Of a stretch of 64,000 bases of DNA, positions 28,118 to 37,331 are shown piece by piece. Under the pieces are notes generated by a model. The model did not search any database, was not told the origin of the DNA, and saw only the letters and a program-made list of their open reading frames with translations. Position numbers and translations under genes: made by a program. The DNA comes from an uncultured Thermoleophilia bacterium (lineage in GTDB: Bacteria; Actinomycetota; Thermoleophilia; Gaiellales; Gaiellaceae): NCBI GenBank assembly GCA_963722035.1, contig CAVRLG010000001.1, positions 8,703 through 72,702 on the forward strand, written 5' to 3'. The number at the start of each line of letters is the position of its first letter. The first letter of the stretch is position 1.

Positions 28118-29011
28118 ATGCGCGCGCTCCGGGCAATGCAGCTCCTGAAGAACGGCGCCTACAGAGCGCTCGGAGAGGCTGTGGCCGGCATCGACGCGTA
28201 CCCCGGTGAAGCCGATCGCACCCTGCGCGTGCTCATGTACCACAAGGTCAACGACCTCTGGCCGAACCCGATCACGGTTCCGACCGAGGTCTTTGCAGAG
28301 CAGATGTCGCTGCTTGCAGAGCTCGGCTACACGCCCGTGTCGCTCGACGCAGTGCGCGACCACTACCTTCTCCGAACGCCGCTTCCACCTAGGGCGGTAC
28401 TCATCACGTTCGACGACGGCTACCGCGACAACCTCGAGCACGCGCTCCCGATTCTGCGTCGCCACGGATATCCGGCAGTCGTCTTCGTCCCGATCGGGTT
28501 CCTGGATGACGCGTACCCGCTGCCACACGAGGAATCGCTCTACGCCCTGGGTGTCCGCAACCCGACACTCGACTGGGACGAGCTCTCGGAGCTCGAAGCC
28601 GGGGGCGTCCGAATCGAGTCGCACGGGATCGGACACCGACAGCTCTCCCTCCTAGAGCCCGCCGAGGCAGTCCGCGAGATCGCACTCTCGAAGCTTCGTC
28701 TCGAGCAGCGGCTGGGGCGGGAGGTCGAGGCGTTCGCCTTCGTCAAGGGATCGAAGGCCGACTACCGCGTAGAGCACGCCAGCCTCGTCCAGCAGGCCGG
28801 CTACAAGCTTGGCTTCAGCGCTGTCTCCGGAGCCAATGGACCTGGGAGCGACCGCTTCCAGCTTCGTCGATACAACGTCGAACCGTATCCCGCGCGAACT
28901 TTCGAGCTCGTCCTCGGCGGAGCCTGCGACCTGATCTCCGTCAAGGACACCGTGCTCGGCACACGTGCGCGGCGAGCTCTCATGTCCGCGGTCGGAACAG
29001 CGTCGCGGTGA
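28118..29011 (+). CDS. Polysaccharide deacetylase (CE4, NodB homology domain)
   Basis: Intact 297-aa ORF. LITFDDGYRDNLEHALPILRRHGYPAVVFV and ESHGIGHRQL. Confidence 0.88.
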   Translation: MRALRAMQLLKNGAYRALGEAVAGIDAYPGEADRTLRVLMYHKVNDLWPNPITVPTEVFAEQMSLLAELGYTPVSLDAVRDHYLLRTPLPPRAVLITFDDGYRDNLEHALPILRRHGYPAVVFVPIGFLDDAYPLPHEESLYALGVRNPTLDWDELSELEAGGVRIESHGIGHRQLSLLEPAEAVREIALSKLRLEQRLGREVEAFAFVKGSKADYRVEHASLVQQAGYKLGFSAVSGANGPGSDRFQLRRYNVEPYPARTFELVLGGACDLISVKDTVLGTRARRALMSAVGTASR

Positions 29012-30026
29012 GCTTCCAGGTTGTGCCGTACTCGCCCGACCAGCGTGCGGCGCTCGTCGCGCTGCTCGCGCGCGTCGGCACGACGCAGCTCTCCGACGAG
29101 GAGTTCGCGTGGTGGTTCGACCGGAACCCGGCCGGCGAAGGGATCGTCTCGCTCGCGGTCGACGGCAGGGAGGTCGTCGGCGTCGCCGCGATGAGCTTTT
29201 TCCGCACCGTGCTGAACGGAGTCGAGACCCGGCTTGCCATCCCCGTTAACGTGGCGACCGATCCGCGCTATCGGGGCCAGGGCGTTTTCTCGACCCTCGA
29301 GCGCGAGAATGAGGCCGCTGCTGCGTCGGCCGGCTCGCCGCTCACGGTGACCTTCCCCAACGGGGCTTCCTACCCGATCTTCATGAGCCGCCTCGGCTGG
29401 ATCGACCTGCCGAGGCTTCGTCTCTGGGCGCGGCCGCTCCGGGCCGGTGCGGTGGTTCGGTACGCGCTCGGAAGGCCGGGCGAACGGGGTGGGCTGAAGG
29501 CGCCGGATTTGACGCCCACGACCATCCGCGGCCTCGAGGTTCGGCTCGTCGAGCGCTTCGGCACCGAGATGGACGAGCTGGGTCGGCGCGCGGCCACGGG
29601 CTACGGAAGCCACTTCGTCCGCGACGCCGAGTACTTCAACTGGCGGTACCTCGACTCGCCTCGCGACTACCGGTGTTTCGGCGCGTATCGGGACCGCGAG
29701 CTCGTCGGGGCCGCCGTCGTCGGGCACACGTTCAAGCACGGGGTCTCGGCGGGGTTTCTCGCCGATCTCGTCACCGCGCCCGGCGGGAAGTCGGGAAGCG
29801 CGATGCTCTGCTCTCACGCGCCGTCGCCGAGGTGCGGGGAGGCGCGGACGCGCTCGTGCTCCTCCCGCCTCGCTCTCGGGCGGAGCGGCGCACGTTGCTC
29901 CGGGCAGGCTTCGCTCCTACGAACAAGAAGCTTCGCTTCATCGGCAAGACGCTCCACGAGGGTGCCCACGTGGACGAGCGTGCAGACGCGTGGCACTTCT
30001 CCCTGGGCGACTTCGACTTCTTTTGA
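29008..30026 (+). pseudogene. GNAT-like acetyltransferase, one -1 frameshift near 29781
   Basis: Frame 1 is GNAT-like (IPVNVATDPRYRGQGVFSTLE) up to GFLADLVTAPG. The natural C-terminus is in frame 0 (REVGKRDALLSRAVAEVRGGADALVLLPP...WHFSLGDFDFF, stop 30024-30026; ORF 29673..30026). Confidence 0.65.
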
Positions 30027-31074
30027 TGACCAAGCTCGTCTTCATCACCCAGCAGGTCGACCCGGACACCCCGCTCTCGCCGCGACGGTCCCCAAGATTC
30101 GCGCTCTGGCCGACCTCGTCGACGAGGTCGTCGTGCTCGCCGACGGAGCTGCCGATGGAGTCCTGCCCCCCAATTGCCGCGTGCGTGTGTTCCGTGCACG
30201 CCACAAGATCGCCCGCGGCGTACGCTTCGAAGCGGCGCTGTCTCAAGAGTTGAGCGGGCTTCGCGGAGGGGCAGTCGTCGCTCACATGTGCCCGATCTAC
30301 GCAGTCCTCGCTGCACCGCTCGTGCGGCCACTTCACATCCCGCTCGTCCTCTGGTTCACGCACTGGCGGGCGAGCCGGCTCTTGCAGGCGGCAGAGCGTG
30401 CCTCGACCGCGGTCACGTCGGTCGACACGCGCTCGTTCCCTCTCCGCTCGAGAAAGCTGCGGGCGATCGGGCACGGCATCGACATCTCCGAGTTCCAGTG
30501 CTCCACAGCCCGCGATGGCGATGGTCTGCGACTCCTCGCCCTCGGCCGCTACTCGCGTGCGAAGGGCCTCGACGTTGTGTTGCGTGCCGTCGCCGAGGCA
30601 GGAGCGGATGTCGGGCTCGACTTCTACGGGCCGTCGCTCTCCGACGAAGAGCGCGTGCATCGCGGGGAGCTCGAGCGGCTGGCCGTCGAGCTCGGCCTCG
30701 AAGGGCGCGTGGCCTTGGGCGACGCGGTCCCTAGAGCCGAGATCCCGCATCTTTTCGCCACACACGATGCTCTCGTCAACAACATGCGTGCGGGAGCCCC
30801 CGACAAGGTGGTCTACGAGGCAGCCGCTGGATGCTTGCCCGTGCTCGCGTCCAACCCCGTATTCGACTCGCTGCTCGACGAGGAACAGCGCTTCAGCCGC
30901 GAGGATGCCGGGGCTCTTGCGGAACGGATCCGAGCGCTGGCGGAGATGAGCCCGGCAGGTCGCGCCGTGATCGGGCGTCGTCTTCGCCAGCGCGTCGAGG
31001 CCGGGCACTCGGTGCAGTCGTGGGCCCGTGGCATCCTCGACGCGGCAGGTGTCACGGAGCTCGATTCCGAATGA
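30026..31074 (+). pseudogene. Glycosyltransferase family 4, one -1 frameshift near 30067
   Basis: ATG 30026 (TGATG overlap) opens MTKLVFITQQVDPD in frame 2. The rest is in frame 1 (HPALAATVPKIRALADL...VNNMRAGAPDKVVYEAAAGCLPVLASNPVFDSLL). Frame 1 is stop-free from 29008, which produces the 688-aa ORF in the track. Confidence 0.65.
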
Positions 31075-31222
31075 GCGACCATGTCGCGAGGCCGCGCTGG
31101 ACGCCACGATGCGGCGTCCTCAGTCGCGCCCGTATCTACTTCGATGTGGACGCTCCCTGCGTCCTTGCCTCGCGCCATCCATCATCGGCCTCGCGACGGG
31201 CGATCATCCGGAACCGAACTCC
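31056..31222. repeat. Palindromic intergenic element, copy 2 of 3
   Basis: Core 31070..31209. Outer arms GGAGCTCGATTCCG / CGGAACCGAACTCC. Perfect 12-bp stem GTCGCGAGGCCG / CGGCCTCGCGAC. Apical hairpin GCGCCCGTATC-TACTTC-GATGTGGACGC. Confidence 0.85.
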
Positions 31223-32329
31223 ATGACCGGCGACGGCGTCGTACTCCACACCCAGAAGGTCGCCGGCATCTCCGGCTCGGAGGCACATCTGCTCCAGCTC
31301 CTTCCCGATCTTCGAGCCCGGGGGTGGGACGTCCGATTTCTCATGCTGCACGAGGACGAGCCGGGGGCGTGGGAGTTCGCTGACGAGATCCGCGCCCGCG
31401 GTGTGCCACTCGACGATGTCAGGCTTCGAGCGGACGTCGACCCGATGGCATTCGGGGAGGTCGTCGCCCATCTCTCGCGCGTGCGGCCCCGCATCCTGCA
31501 CACACATCTCGTGCACGCCGATGTCTACGGCCAGCTCGCCGGCTCGCTGACTCGGGTGCCACTCCGACTCTCGACGAAGCATGGTTTCAACGAGTTTCGA
31601 GAAGGGCGCTGGTTCGGGCTCGCAGACCGCTCCGTCGGCTCGTTGGCGCACGTTCACATCGCCATCTCTCGAGGTCTGGCCGAGTACCTGGCCGAGACCG
31701 AGGGGTTCGACGCGGAGGACTTCGAAGTCGTCCACTACGGGATCGCATCGTCCGGCACTGCGGCGTCGTACGAAGGCGATGAGCCGCGCCTCGCGTGCAT
31801 CGGCCGCCTGATTCCGATCAAAGGTCATCTCGTCCTGCTGCGCGCGCTTGCGCAGGCGAGGGCTCGCGTACCAGATGTGGTTCTCGACATCGCGGGGCGG
31901 GGGCCGCTCGAGCCAGCGCTCAAGGCTTACGCCCGCGAGCTGGGGCTCGCAGATGCAGTGCGCTTCCTCGGCTTCGTCTCTCCGGTTCAGAGAGCGATCG
32001 AGGACTCGGCGATCGTCGTGGTTCCTTCGCTCGGAGAAGGCTTCGGCATGGTCGCGCTCGAAGCGATGGAGCGAGCGCGCCCGGTGATTGCCAGCGCGGT
32101 CGGGGGCCTGCCCGAGATAGTCGCCGACGACCAGACGGGGCTCGTCGTTCCTTCGGCCGACGCCGACGCGCTCGCTGACGCGATCGTCGCGCTCGCGGGG
32201 AATCTCCCTCGTGCAGCGGCGATGGGGAACGCCGGGCGCGAGCGAGCGCTCGCCCAATTCAGTCCGGAGCAATGCGTGGCGCGGATCGAGAAGCTCTATA
32301 GCGCGGCGCTCGAGCGGGCTGCCGCATAG
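31223..32329 (+). CDS. Glycosyltransferase family 4
   Basis: ATG 31223 is the first base after repeat copy 2. VVLHTQKVAGISGSEAHLL; VPSLGEGFGMVALEAMERARPVIASAVGGLPEIV. Confidence 0.85.
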   Translation: MTGDGVVLHTQKVAGISGSEAHLLQLLPDLRARGWDVRFLMLHEDEPGAWEFADEIRARGVPLDDVRLRADVDPMAFGEVVAHLSRVRPRILHTHLVHADVYGQLAGSLTRVPLRLSTKHGFNEFREGRWFGLADRSVGSLAHVHIAISRGLAEYLAETEGFDAEDFEVVHYGIASSGTAASYEGDEPRLACIGRLIPIKGHLVLLRALAQARARVPDVVLDIAGRGPLEPALKAYARELGLADAVRFLGFVSPVQRAIEDSAIVVVPSLGEGFGMVALEAMERARPVIASAVGGLPEIVADDQTGLVVPSADADALADAIVALAGNLPRAAAMGNAGRERALAQFSPEQCVARIEKLYSAALERAAA

Positions 32330-33573
32330 CCTCGTCTCTGCTGGACGCGCCGCCAGATCTCGGCGAGCGCGAACGCGGCGAGCAGCGCAAGCAGGAAGTC
32401 CCACGGAGCGCGGTACCGAGCCGTGCCCGCAAAAACCATTGCCGCGAGCGTGTTGTAGGTCAGCAGGAGCAGCGCGAGCGCGACGAAGTGCCGGGGCGCG
32501 AAGAAGAGGCCCACGATTGCCAGGGCATAGAGACCGAGCATGAACGCCGGCTCCACTGTCCGCCGCGCCAGACGCGCCCCACCACTGCCACTCGAATCGG
32601 ACTCGGATGGCACCGGGTTCCAGAGCATCTGCGTCGCCTGAACGGCAAGCCGGACCTTCTCGCCCGGATGCTCGCGCCAGAACTCGAGCACCTCTTCGCG
32701 GTAGAGACGCATCTGCGCGCACTCGTCGACGGTCGTCGGTCGACCGGAGAGAGTCCGATCTGCCGCGAGCTCGGGCCAGGGAGGGGCACCCGGGAGCTCG
32801 GGAACGTCGTCGATCCAGCCGCCTCGGTCGAGAACGCCGCGCGTGTTCAGGTTGTTCGCCTTCCATAGCGCTCGCGCGTCGGTTGTGATCGCGTAGCACC
32901 CGACCTCTACCTTGTTCCTCGCCACCCAGGGTGCCACCGCGAGTGCCGCCGCTGCGACGACGACCAACACAGCGGCCAACGTGCGGACTCCCGGTCCGCG
33001 TTGCCACGCGACGTAGATGCCAATTGCAATCGGCAGGAGCACGAGCCGCGCGTTACCGAGGATCGCGAGGCCCGCTACGCCGCCGGTCACCGCGGCCATC
33101 GGCAGCGTGCGGTCCTCGTACGCGACGAGCGCGCAGAGAACGAGCAGCGCGAGAACGAGCCCGTCCAGCACCTCGCGGTTCGCGTGGACGTCGTGCCACA
33201 CGACGTAGGGGTGCAGGGTTGTCAGCACCGCAGCGACGAGGCCGAGCCCCGGAGAACGCAGGAGCGTCCCGATCGCGAGGACGACGAGTGCGGTGGCGAC
33301 GGCGACGACGATCTGCGCGAGCCCGACAGCGAGCCACGATCGGCCGAACGGAAGGTAGAGGCCTGCGAGGAACCAGCCGTACAGCGGCTGTGTGTACGCC
33401 GACGGCACTCCTGGGAGGAAGCCGAACGTGCCGTGGTCGACCAGCGTCACGGCGAACCGGTCGCTCTTGTCGACGAACTCCTCGAGGATCGTCTCGCGCT
33501 CGCGGGCCAGCACGACGAGCCGAGGAACTGCCGCTACGACGACGACGATGAGAGCTGCCGTCGAGCGCCGCAT
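32296..33573 (-). CDS. GT-C-type polytopic glycosyltransferase (ArnT/PMT_2-like)
   Basis: Multi-TM protein. N-terminal pattern LIVVVVAAVPRLVVLA...FVDKSDRFAVTLVDHGTFGF...PSAYTQPLYGWFLAGLY, as in family-39/83-like enzymes. Start taken at ATG 33573; the ORF stays open to 33786 (Arg/Pro/Gly-rich, lower GC3). Confidence 0.72.
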   Translation of the reverse strand: MRRSTAALIVVVVAAVPRLVVLARERETILEEFVDKSDRFAVTLVDHGTFGFLPGVPSAYTQPLYGWFLAGLYLPFGRSWLAVGLAQIVVAVATALVVLAIGTLLRSPGLGLVAAVLTTLHPYVVWHDVHANREVLDGLVLALLVLCALVAYEDRTLPMAAVTGGVAGLAILGNARLVLLPIAIGIYVAWQRGPGVRTLAAVLVVVAAAALAVAPWVARNKVEVGCYAITTDARALWKANNLNTRGVLDRGGWIDDVPELPGAPPWPELAADRTLSGRPTTVDECAQMRLYREEVLEFWREHPGEKVRLAVQATQMLWNPVPSESDSSGSGGARLARRTVEPAFMLGLYALAIVGLFFAPRHFVALALLLLTYNTLAAMVFAGTARYRAPWDFLLALLAAFALAEIWRRVQQRRGYAAARSSAAL

Positions 33574-33789
33574 TAGATGCTTGATGCCACGATCTCGCGC
33601 GTCCGGATGCGCGATCGGCGCGTCGGGGCCGCTTCCGCCCGGCGGAGGCCGCAGCGGCCTCGCGCCGGGCGTGCGCTTCACGACGGGAGAGCGCACCGAG
33701 GCGTCCAGCCTCGCCGCCGCTCTCCCGTCGCGCCCCCGAGCGGCCAGCTCACGCCCCGGAGATGGCGATCTCGTGGCATCAAGCATCTA
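33574..33789. repeat. Perfect 19-bp inverted repeat (TAGATGCTTGATGCCACGA / TCGTGGCATCAAGCATCTA) bracketing a 178-bp GC-rich spacer
   Basis: Arms at 33574..33592 and 33771..33789 are exact reverse complements. They lie in the divergent region between the genes starting at 33573 (-) and 33815 (+). Confidence 0.9.
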
Positions 33790-33814
33790 GCGAGCAGAGG
33801 ATACTTCGACGACG

Positions 33815-34567
33815 ATGCGCGCCACGTCGCGGGAACGGTACGCGGTCGTCTCCTGCCACGTGGAGCGGCCGCTCGACGACGCGGTCTGGGCGCGCTTCTC
33901 CGCACTGCAGGAGAAGCGCCCGGGCGGCTTCTCCGTCGCTGCGCTGATGCGTCCCGCTGACGTCTCAGCGGGTGAGGACGAGTCGCGCTGGCTCGATCGG
34001 GCCCGGGAGGCGGCCAATCGCGGGCCGCTCGGTCACCACACGCATTGGACCGCTCCAGACCATGCAAGGCCGACGGGCGACGGTACGGGCGAGCGTGTGC
34101 GGGCCGAGGGCGCGCGACTGCGAGAGGCGGGTCTGAAGCCGACACTCTTCTGCGGCGGCGGCTGGTATACGGATGTCGACGTCGCCGAGGCGTGCGCCGA
34201 GCTCGGATACGTGGACTGCACGCCTCGGGCGGTACGGCCTCGTTACCTTGCCAGCGGAGAGCGGTGGGCTTCGCTCGAGACACCCTCGCGCGTTCGACTG
34301 CCCTCGGGCCTGTCTCTGGATGCGATTCCCACGACGCACTCGCTGGGTGACCTGGGGCGAGCGCTCGTCCGCCGCCGACCTCTGCCCGCCTTTGTGCACG
34401 TCTATCTCCACGACACGGATCTCCTCGATCTGCGCCGTCGGACGACGATCGGCGTGCTGTTTCCGCTGCTTGCGCGCCGCGTGAAGCCGACCGATCTGGA
34501 CACGCTCGCAGGCGCAACGCTCGAAGCCGCATCCAATTTGGCGTGGGACGACGTGGCGCGGCTCTAA
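33815..34567 (+). CDS. Hypothetical protein (possibly a divergent deacetylase-like fold)
   Basis: Intact 250-aa ORF with high GC3. AGAGGA lies about 14 nt upstream of the ATG. His-rich GHHTHW segment. No confident family assignment. Confidence 0.6.
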   Translation: MRATSRERYAVVSCHVERPLDDAVWARFSALQEKRPGGFSVAALMRPADVSAGEDESRWLDRAREAANRGPLGHHTHWTAPDHARPTGDGTGERVRAEGARLREAGLKPTLFCGGGWYTDVDVAEACAELGYVDCTPRAVRPRYLASGERWASLETPSRVRLPSGLSLDAIPTTHSLGDLGRALVRRRPLPAFVHVYLHDTDLLDLRRRTTIGVLFPLLARRVKPTDLDTLAGATLEAASNLAWDDVARL

Positions 34568-34577
34568 GCTTCAGGGC

Positions 34578-36089
34578 GTGTCCAAGGCCGCACCGCCGGC
34601 GGAGACCCCACGTCCTGCGCCGGTTCAGTCTCTTGCGGGCCGGGACGTTCGAGCGTCCAGGCTCTACCTGCTCTCGCGTGGGCCGATCGTGTCGCTCGTT
34701 CGGAGGACGCTCTCCGTCGCGGCGCTCGTGATCCTCGATGTCGTGGCGCTCGCCCTTGGCATCTATCTCGCGCTCGTCATCCGCCAACTGGTGGCGGGCG
34801 ACGGAGACATCCTCTGGGGCCTGCTCTGGCGCGAGGGCCCGGCCGAGTGGCTGAAGTTCGCCGCTCCGATCACGGTCCTCGTCTTCGCGCAGTCAGGGCT
34901 CTATAGAGAGCGGGAGCGGCGTCCGGGAGCCGGGCGCATCCTCGCCTGTCTCATCGTGGTCGCGTTGATCGTGCTGGCGTTCGGGATCGGTACGGGTTAC
35001 GACTTCACGACCTCCGGGCTCATTCCGACCTCGGTCGTTGTTTCGGCGCTCACCATCGGCCTGTTCAGAGCCGCCTATGAATCCGCGTCGCTGGAGGTCA
35101 TGCGCGCCATGGGCATTCGCCGGCGGGTCGTGCTCGTCGGCGAGGGCGAGAGCCTCAGCCGGCTGAGGCAGTCGTTGGCTGCGGCTCGAGGCGGTCTCAG
35201 CTATGAGTTCGTCGGCGCCGTTGCTCCCGAGCCCGTGCCCGGCATTCGCCTCCTCGGCTCGCGTGCAGAGCTAGCGATCGTCCTCGAGCAGGTGCGGCCC
35301 GACGAGGTGATCCTCGCCGAAGCCGATTTCGACGAGCGCACCGTTCTCGAGGTGGTGGAACAGGCTCATCGCCAGGGAATCAAGGTGCGGCTCGCGCCCG
35401 ATACGACGGAGCTCCTCGTCCAGCGTGGCGAGTACGTCCCGGGCCATGGTGCTCCGCTCTTCGAATTGAGACCGCCGGTCCTCACCGGCGCGGAATGGGC
35501 GGTGAAGAGGGCCTTCGACATCGTGGTCAGCGCGCTCGTCCTGCTTCTTGCGCTGCCGCTCTGGGCTCTGATCGCCCTGGCCGTCAAGCTGGACTCGCGT
35601 GGACCGATCTTCTTCGTCGACAGGCGTATCGGCGTCGGCGAGCGCGAGTTCGGGATGCTCAAGTTCCGCACGATGGTGGCCGAGGCAGCGGCGCTCCAGC
35701 CCGAGCTCGAGGAAGCGAACGAGGCGGAAGGAGCGCTCTTCAAGATCCGCGAAGACCCGCGGGTGACGCGCGTCGGCCGATTCCTCCGCAGATTCTCGCT
35801 CGACGAGATTCCGCAGATCATGAACGTGTTGAAGGGAGAGATGAGCCTCGTGGGGCCGCGACCTCTCCCGCTCCGCGACTACCGGCTCCTCGAGGACTGG
35901 CACCGGGCGCGATATGCCGTTCTCCCCGGGATGACAGGGCTCTGGCAGATCTCGGGCAGGTCCGGCCTGACCTTCGACGATCTCGTCCGGCTCGACTTCA
36001 CGTACCTCGAGAACTGGTCGATCTGGCTCGACATCACCATCATCGCCCGGACGATCCCCGCGGTGATCAGCCGACGGGGGGCGTACTGA
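34578..36089 (+). CDS. Large polyprenyl glycosylphosphotransferase (WbaP-like: TM region + Rossmann-like domain + sugar transferase domain)
   Basis: Intact 503-aa ORF. RRVVLVGEGESLSRL, FFVDRRIGVGEREFGMLKFRTM, LDEIPQIMNVLKGEMSLVGPRP, PGMTGLWQISGRS. Confidence 0.9.
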   Translation: MSKAAPPAETPRPAPVQSLAGRDVRASRLYLLSRGPIVSLVRRTLSVAALVILDVVALALGIYLALVIRQLVAGDGDILWGLLWREGPAEWLKFAAPITVLVFAQSGLYRERERRPGAGRILACLIVVALIVLAFGIGTGYDFTTSGLIPTSVVVSALTIGLFRAAYESASLEVMRAMGIRRRVVLVGEGESLSRLRQSLAAARGGLSYEFVGAVAPEPVPGIRLLGSRAELAIVLEQVRPDEVILAEADFDERTVLEVVEQAHRQGIKVRLAPDTTELLVQRGEYVPGHGAPLFELRPPVLTGAEWAVKRAFDIVVSALVLLLALPLWALIALAVKLDSRGPIFFVDRRIGVGEREFGMLKFRTMVAEAAALQPELEEANEAEGALFKIREDPRVTRVGRFLRRFSLDEIPQIMNVLKGEMSLVGPRPLPLRDYRLLEDWHRARYAVLPGMTGLWQISGRSGLTFDDLVRLDFTYLENWSIWLDITIIARTIPAVISRRGAY

Positions 36090-37331
36090 TGAGGGCGAGG
36101 CATCGCCTGGCCCCTACTGGGCCTATGAAGACGCCGAAGATCCTCGCCGTCGCTTCCGCCATCGACCTCGACTTCCGTTACGGCTGCACGCCGGCCTGGT
36201 GGCAGCTCTGGAAGGGGATGTACGAGGCCGGCGTAGATCTCGTCGTGACGCCGTATCGCGGGCGCCCGGTCGAGTCGCCCTGGTGGCGCGTGGCGCCGAA
36301 CCCGACCTACCGCGAGGGCGAGTCGTACCAGGCCGTCCGGGACGTGCTCGCGCGGGTCAAGGGCGACCGCTACCTCCGGCGTGCTGAGTCACATCCTGAG
36401 GAGTCGGGGCTCGATCGGCTCACGCGCGAGACGATCCAGCGCTGGGTCACGCCGCGCTGGAGGCGCCATCTCGAGCGCCTGATCGAGCGCGAACGACCCG
36501 ACGCTGTGGTGGTCTTCACGGTTCCCATGGCGCACCTGCGAGGCGTCCCCGACGCGCTTCGTTCCCGGTTCGGAATCCCGATCGTCTTCTACGACGGCGA
36601 CGTCCCGATGAGCCTGCCCGAGTACGGGGGGATGGACACCGGGTTCAACCCGTACCACGGCGCGGACCCGTGGGAGTACGACCTCGTGCTGTCGAACTCC
36701 GAGGGCGGGATACCGCGTCTGCTCGAGCTCGGTGCGCGCAGGGCCGACGTGCTCTACTGGGGCGCCGATCCCGAGTTCTTCTCGCCTCAACCGGTCGAGA
36801 AGGAGGTGGACGTCTTCTTCTACGGCTACGGGGACAAGTTCCGCCGGGACTGGATGAAGACGATGGTCGGCGAGCCGTCGAGGGTCGCTTCCGAGCTCGA
36901 TTTCGGGCTCGGTGGGCTCGACTTCCAAGGGGACACGGGCGCAGGCGCGCATGCTCGGCGACGTCCCGTTCAACGTCTTTGCCCGAGCGATCTCCGGCGC
37001 CCGGGTCAACCTCAACATGACGCGCCGGCCGCACGCGACGGTTCCCGGATCGTCGACCGCACGTCCTTTCGAGCTCGCCTCCTCAGGTGCGGCGATCGTC
37101 TCGAATCCGCACGAGGGTATCGAGCGCTGGTTCGAGCCGGGTCGCGAGCTCGTCGTCGTCGAGAGTGTGGAGGAGGCCATCGGCGCGTACCGTGAGCTGA
37201 TCGCGGATCCCGGGCAGGCGGAGGAGATGGGCCGGCGCGCGCGGGAGCGCGTCCTCGACGAGCACACGTATGCGCATCGGGCGCGCCGGCTGCTGGAGCT
37301 CGTGGGGCTCGGGGCCGGGGTTACGGTATGA
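36089..37331 (+). pseudogene. CgeB-like glycosyltransferase (DUF3880 / Glyco_trans_1_2-type), one +1 frameshift near 36940
   Basis: Frame 2 (MKTPKILAVASAIDLDFRYGCTPAWWQLWKG...DVFFYGYGDKFRRDWM...LDFQGDTG) continues in frame 0 (ORF 36912..37331: RMLGDVPFNVFARAISGARVNLNMTRRPHA...STARPFELASSGAAIVSNPH). Start is ATG 36089 or 36125. Confidence 0.65.

Noticed and set aside
33577-33960. Mirrored ORFs beginning MLDAT on both strands (33577..33960 + and the 33574..33786 extension of the minus-strand GT-C gene)
   Set aside because: Both are by-products of the 19-bp inverted repeat. The sequence is Arg/Pro/Gly-rich with lower GC3 than neighbouring genes. A real N-terminal extension of the GT-C protein cannot be fully excluded.
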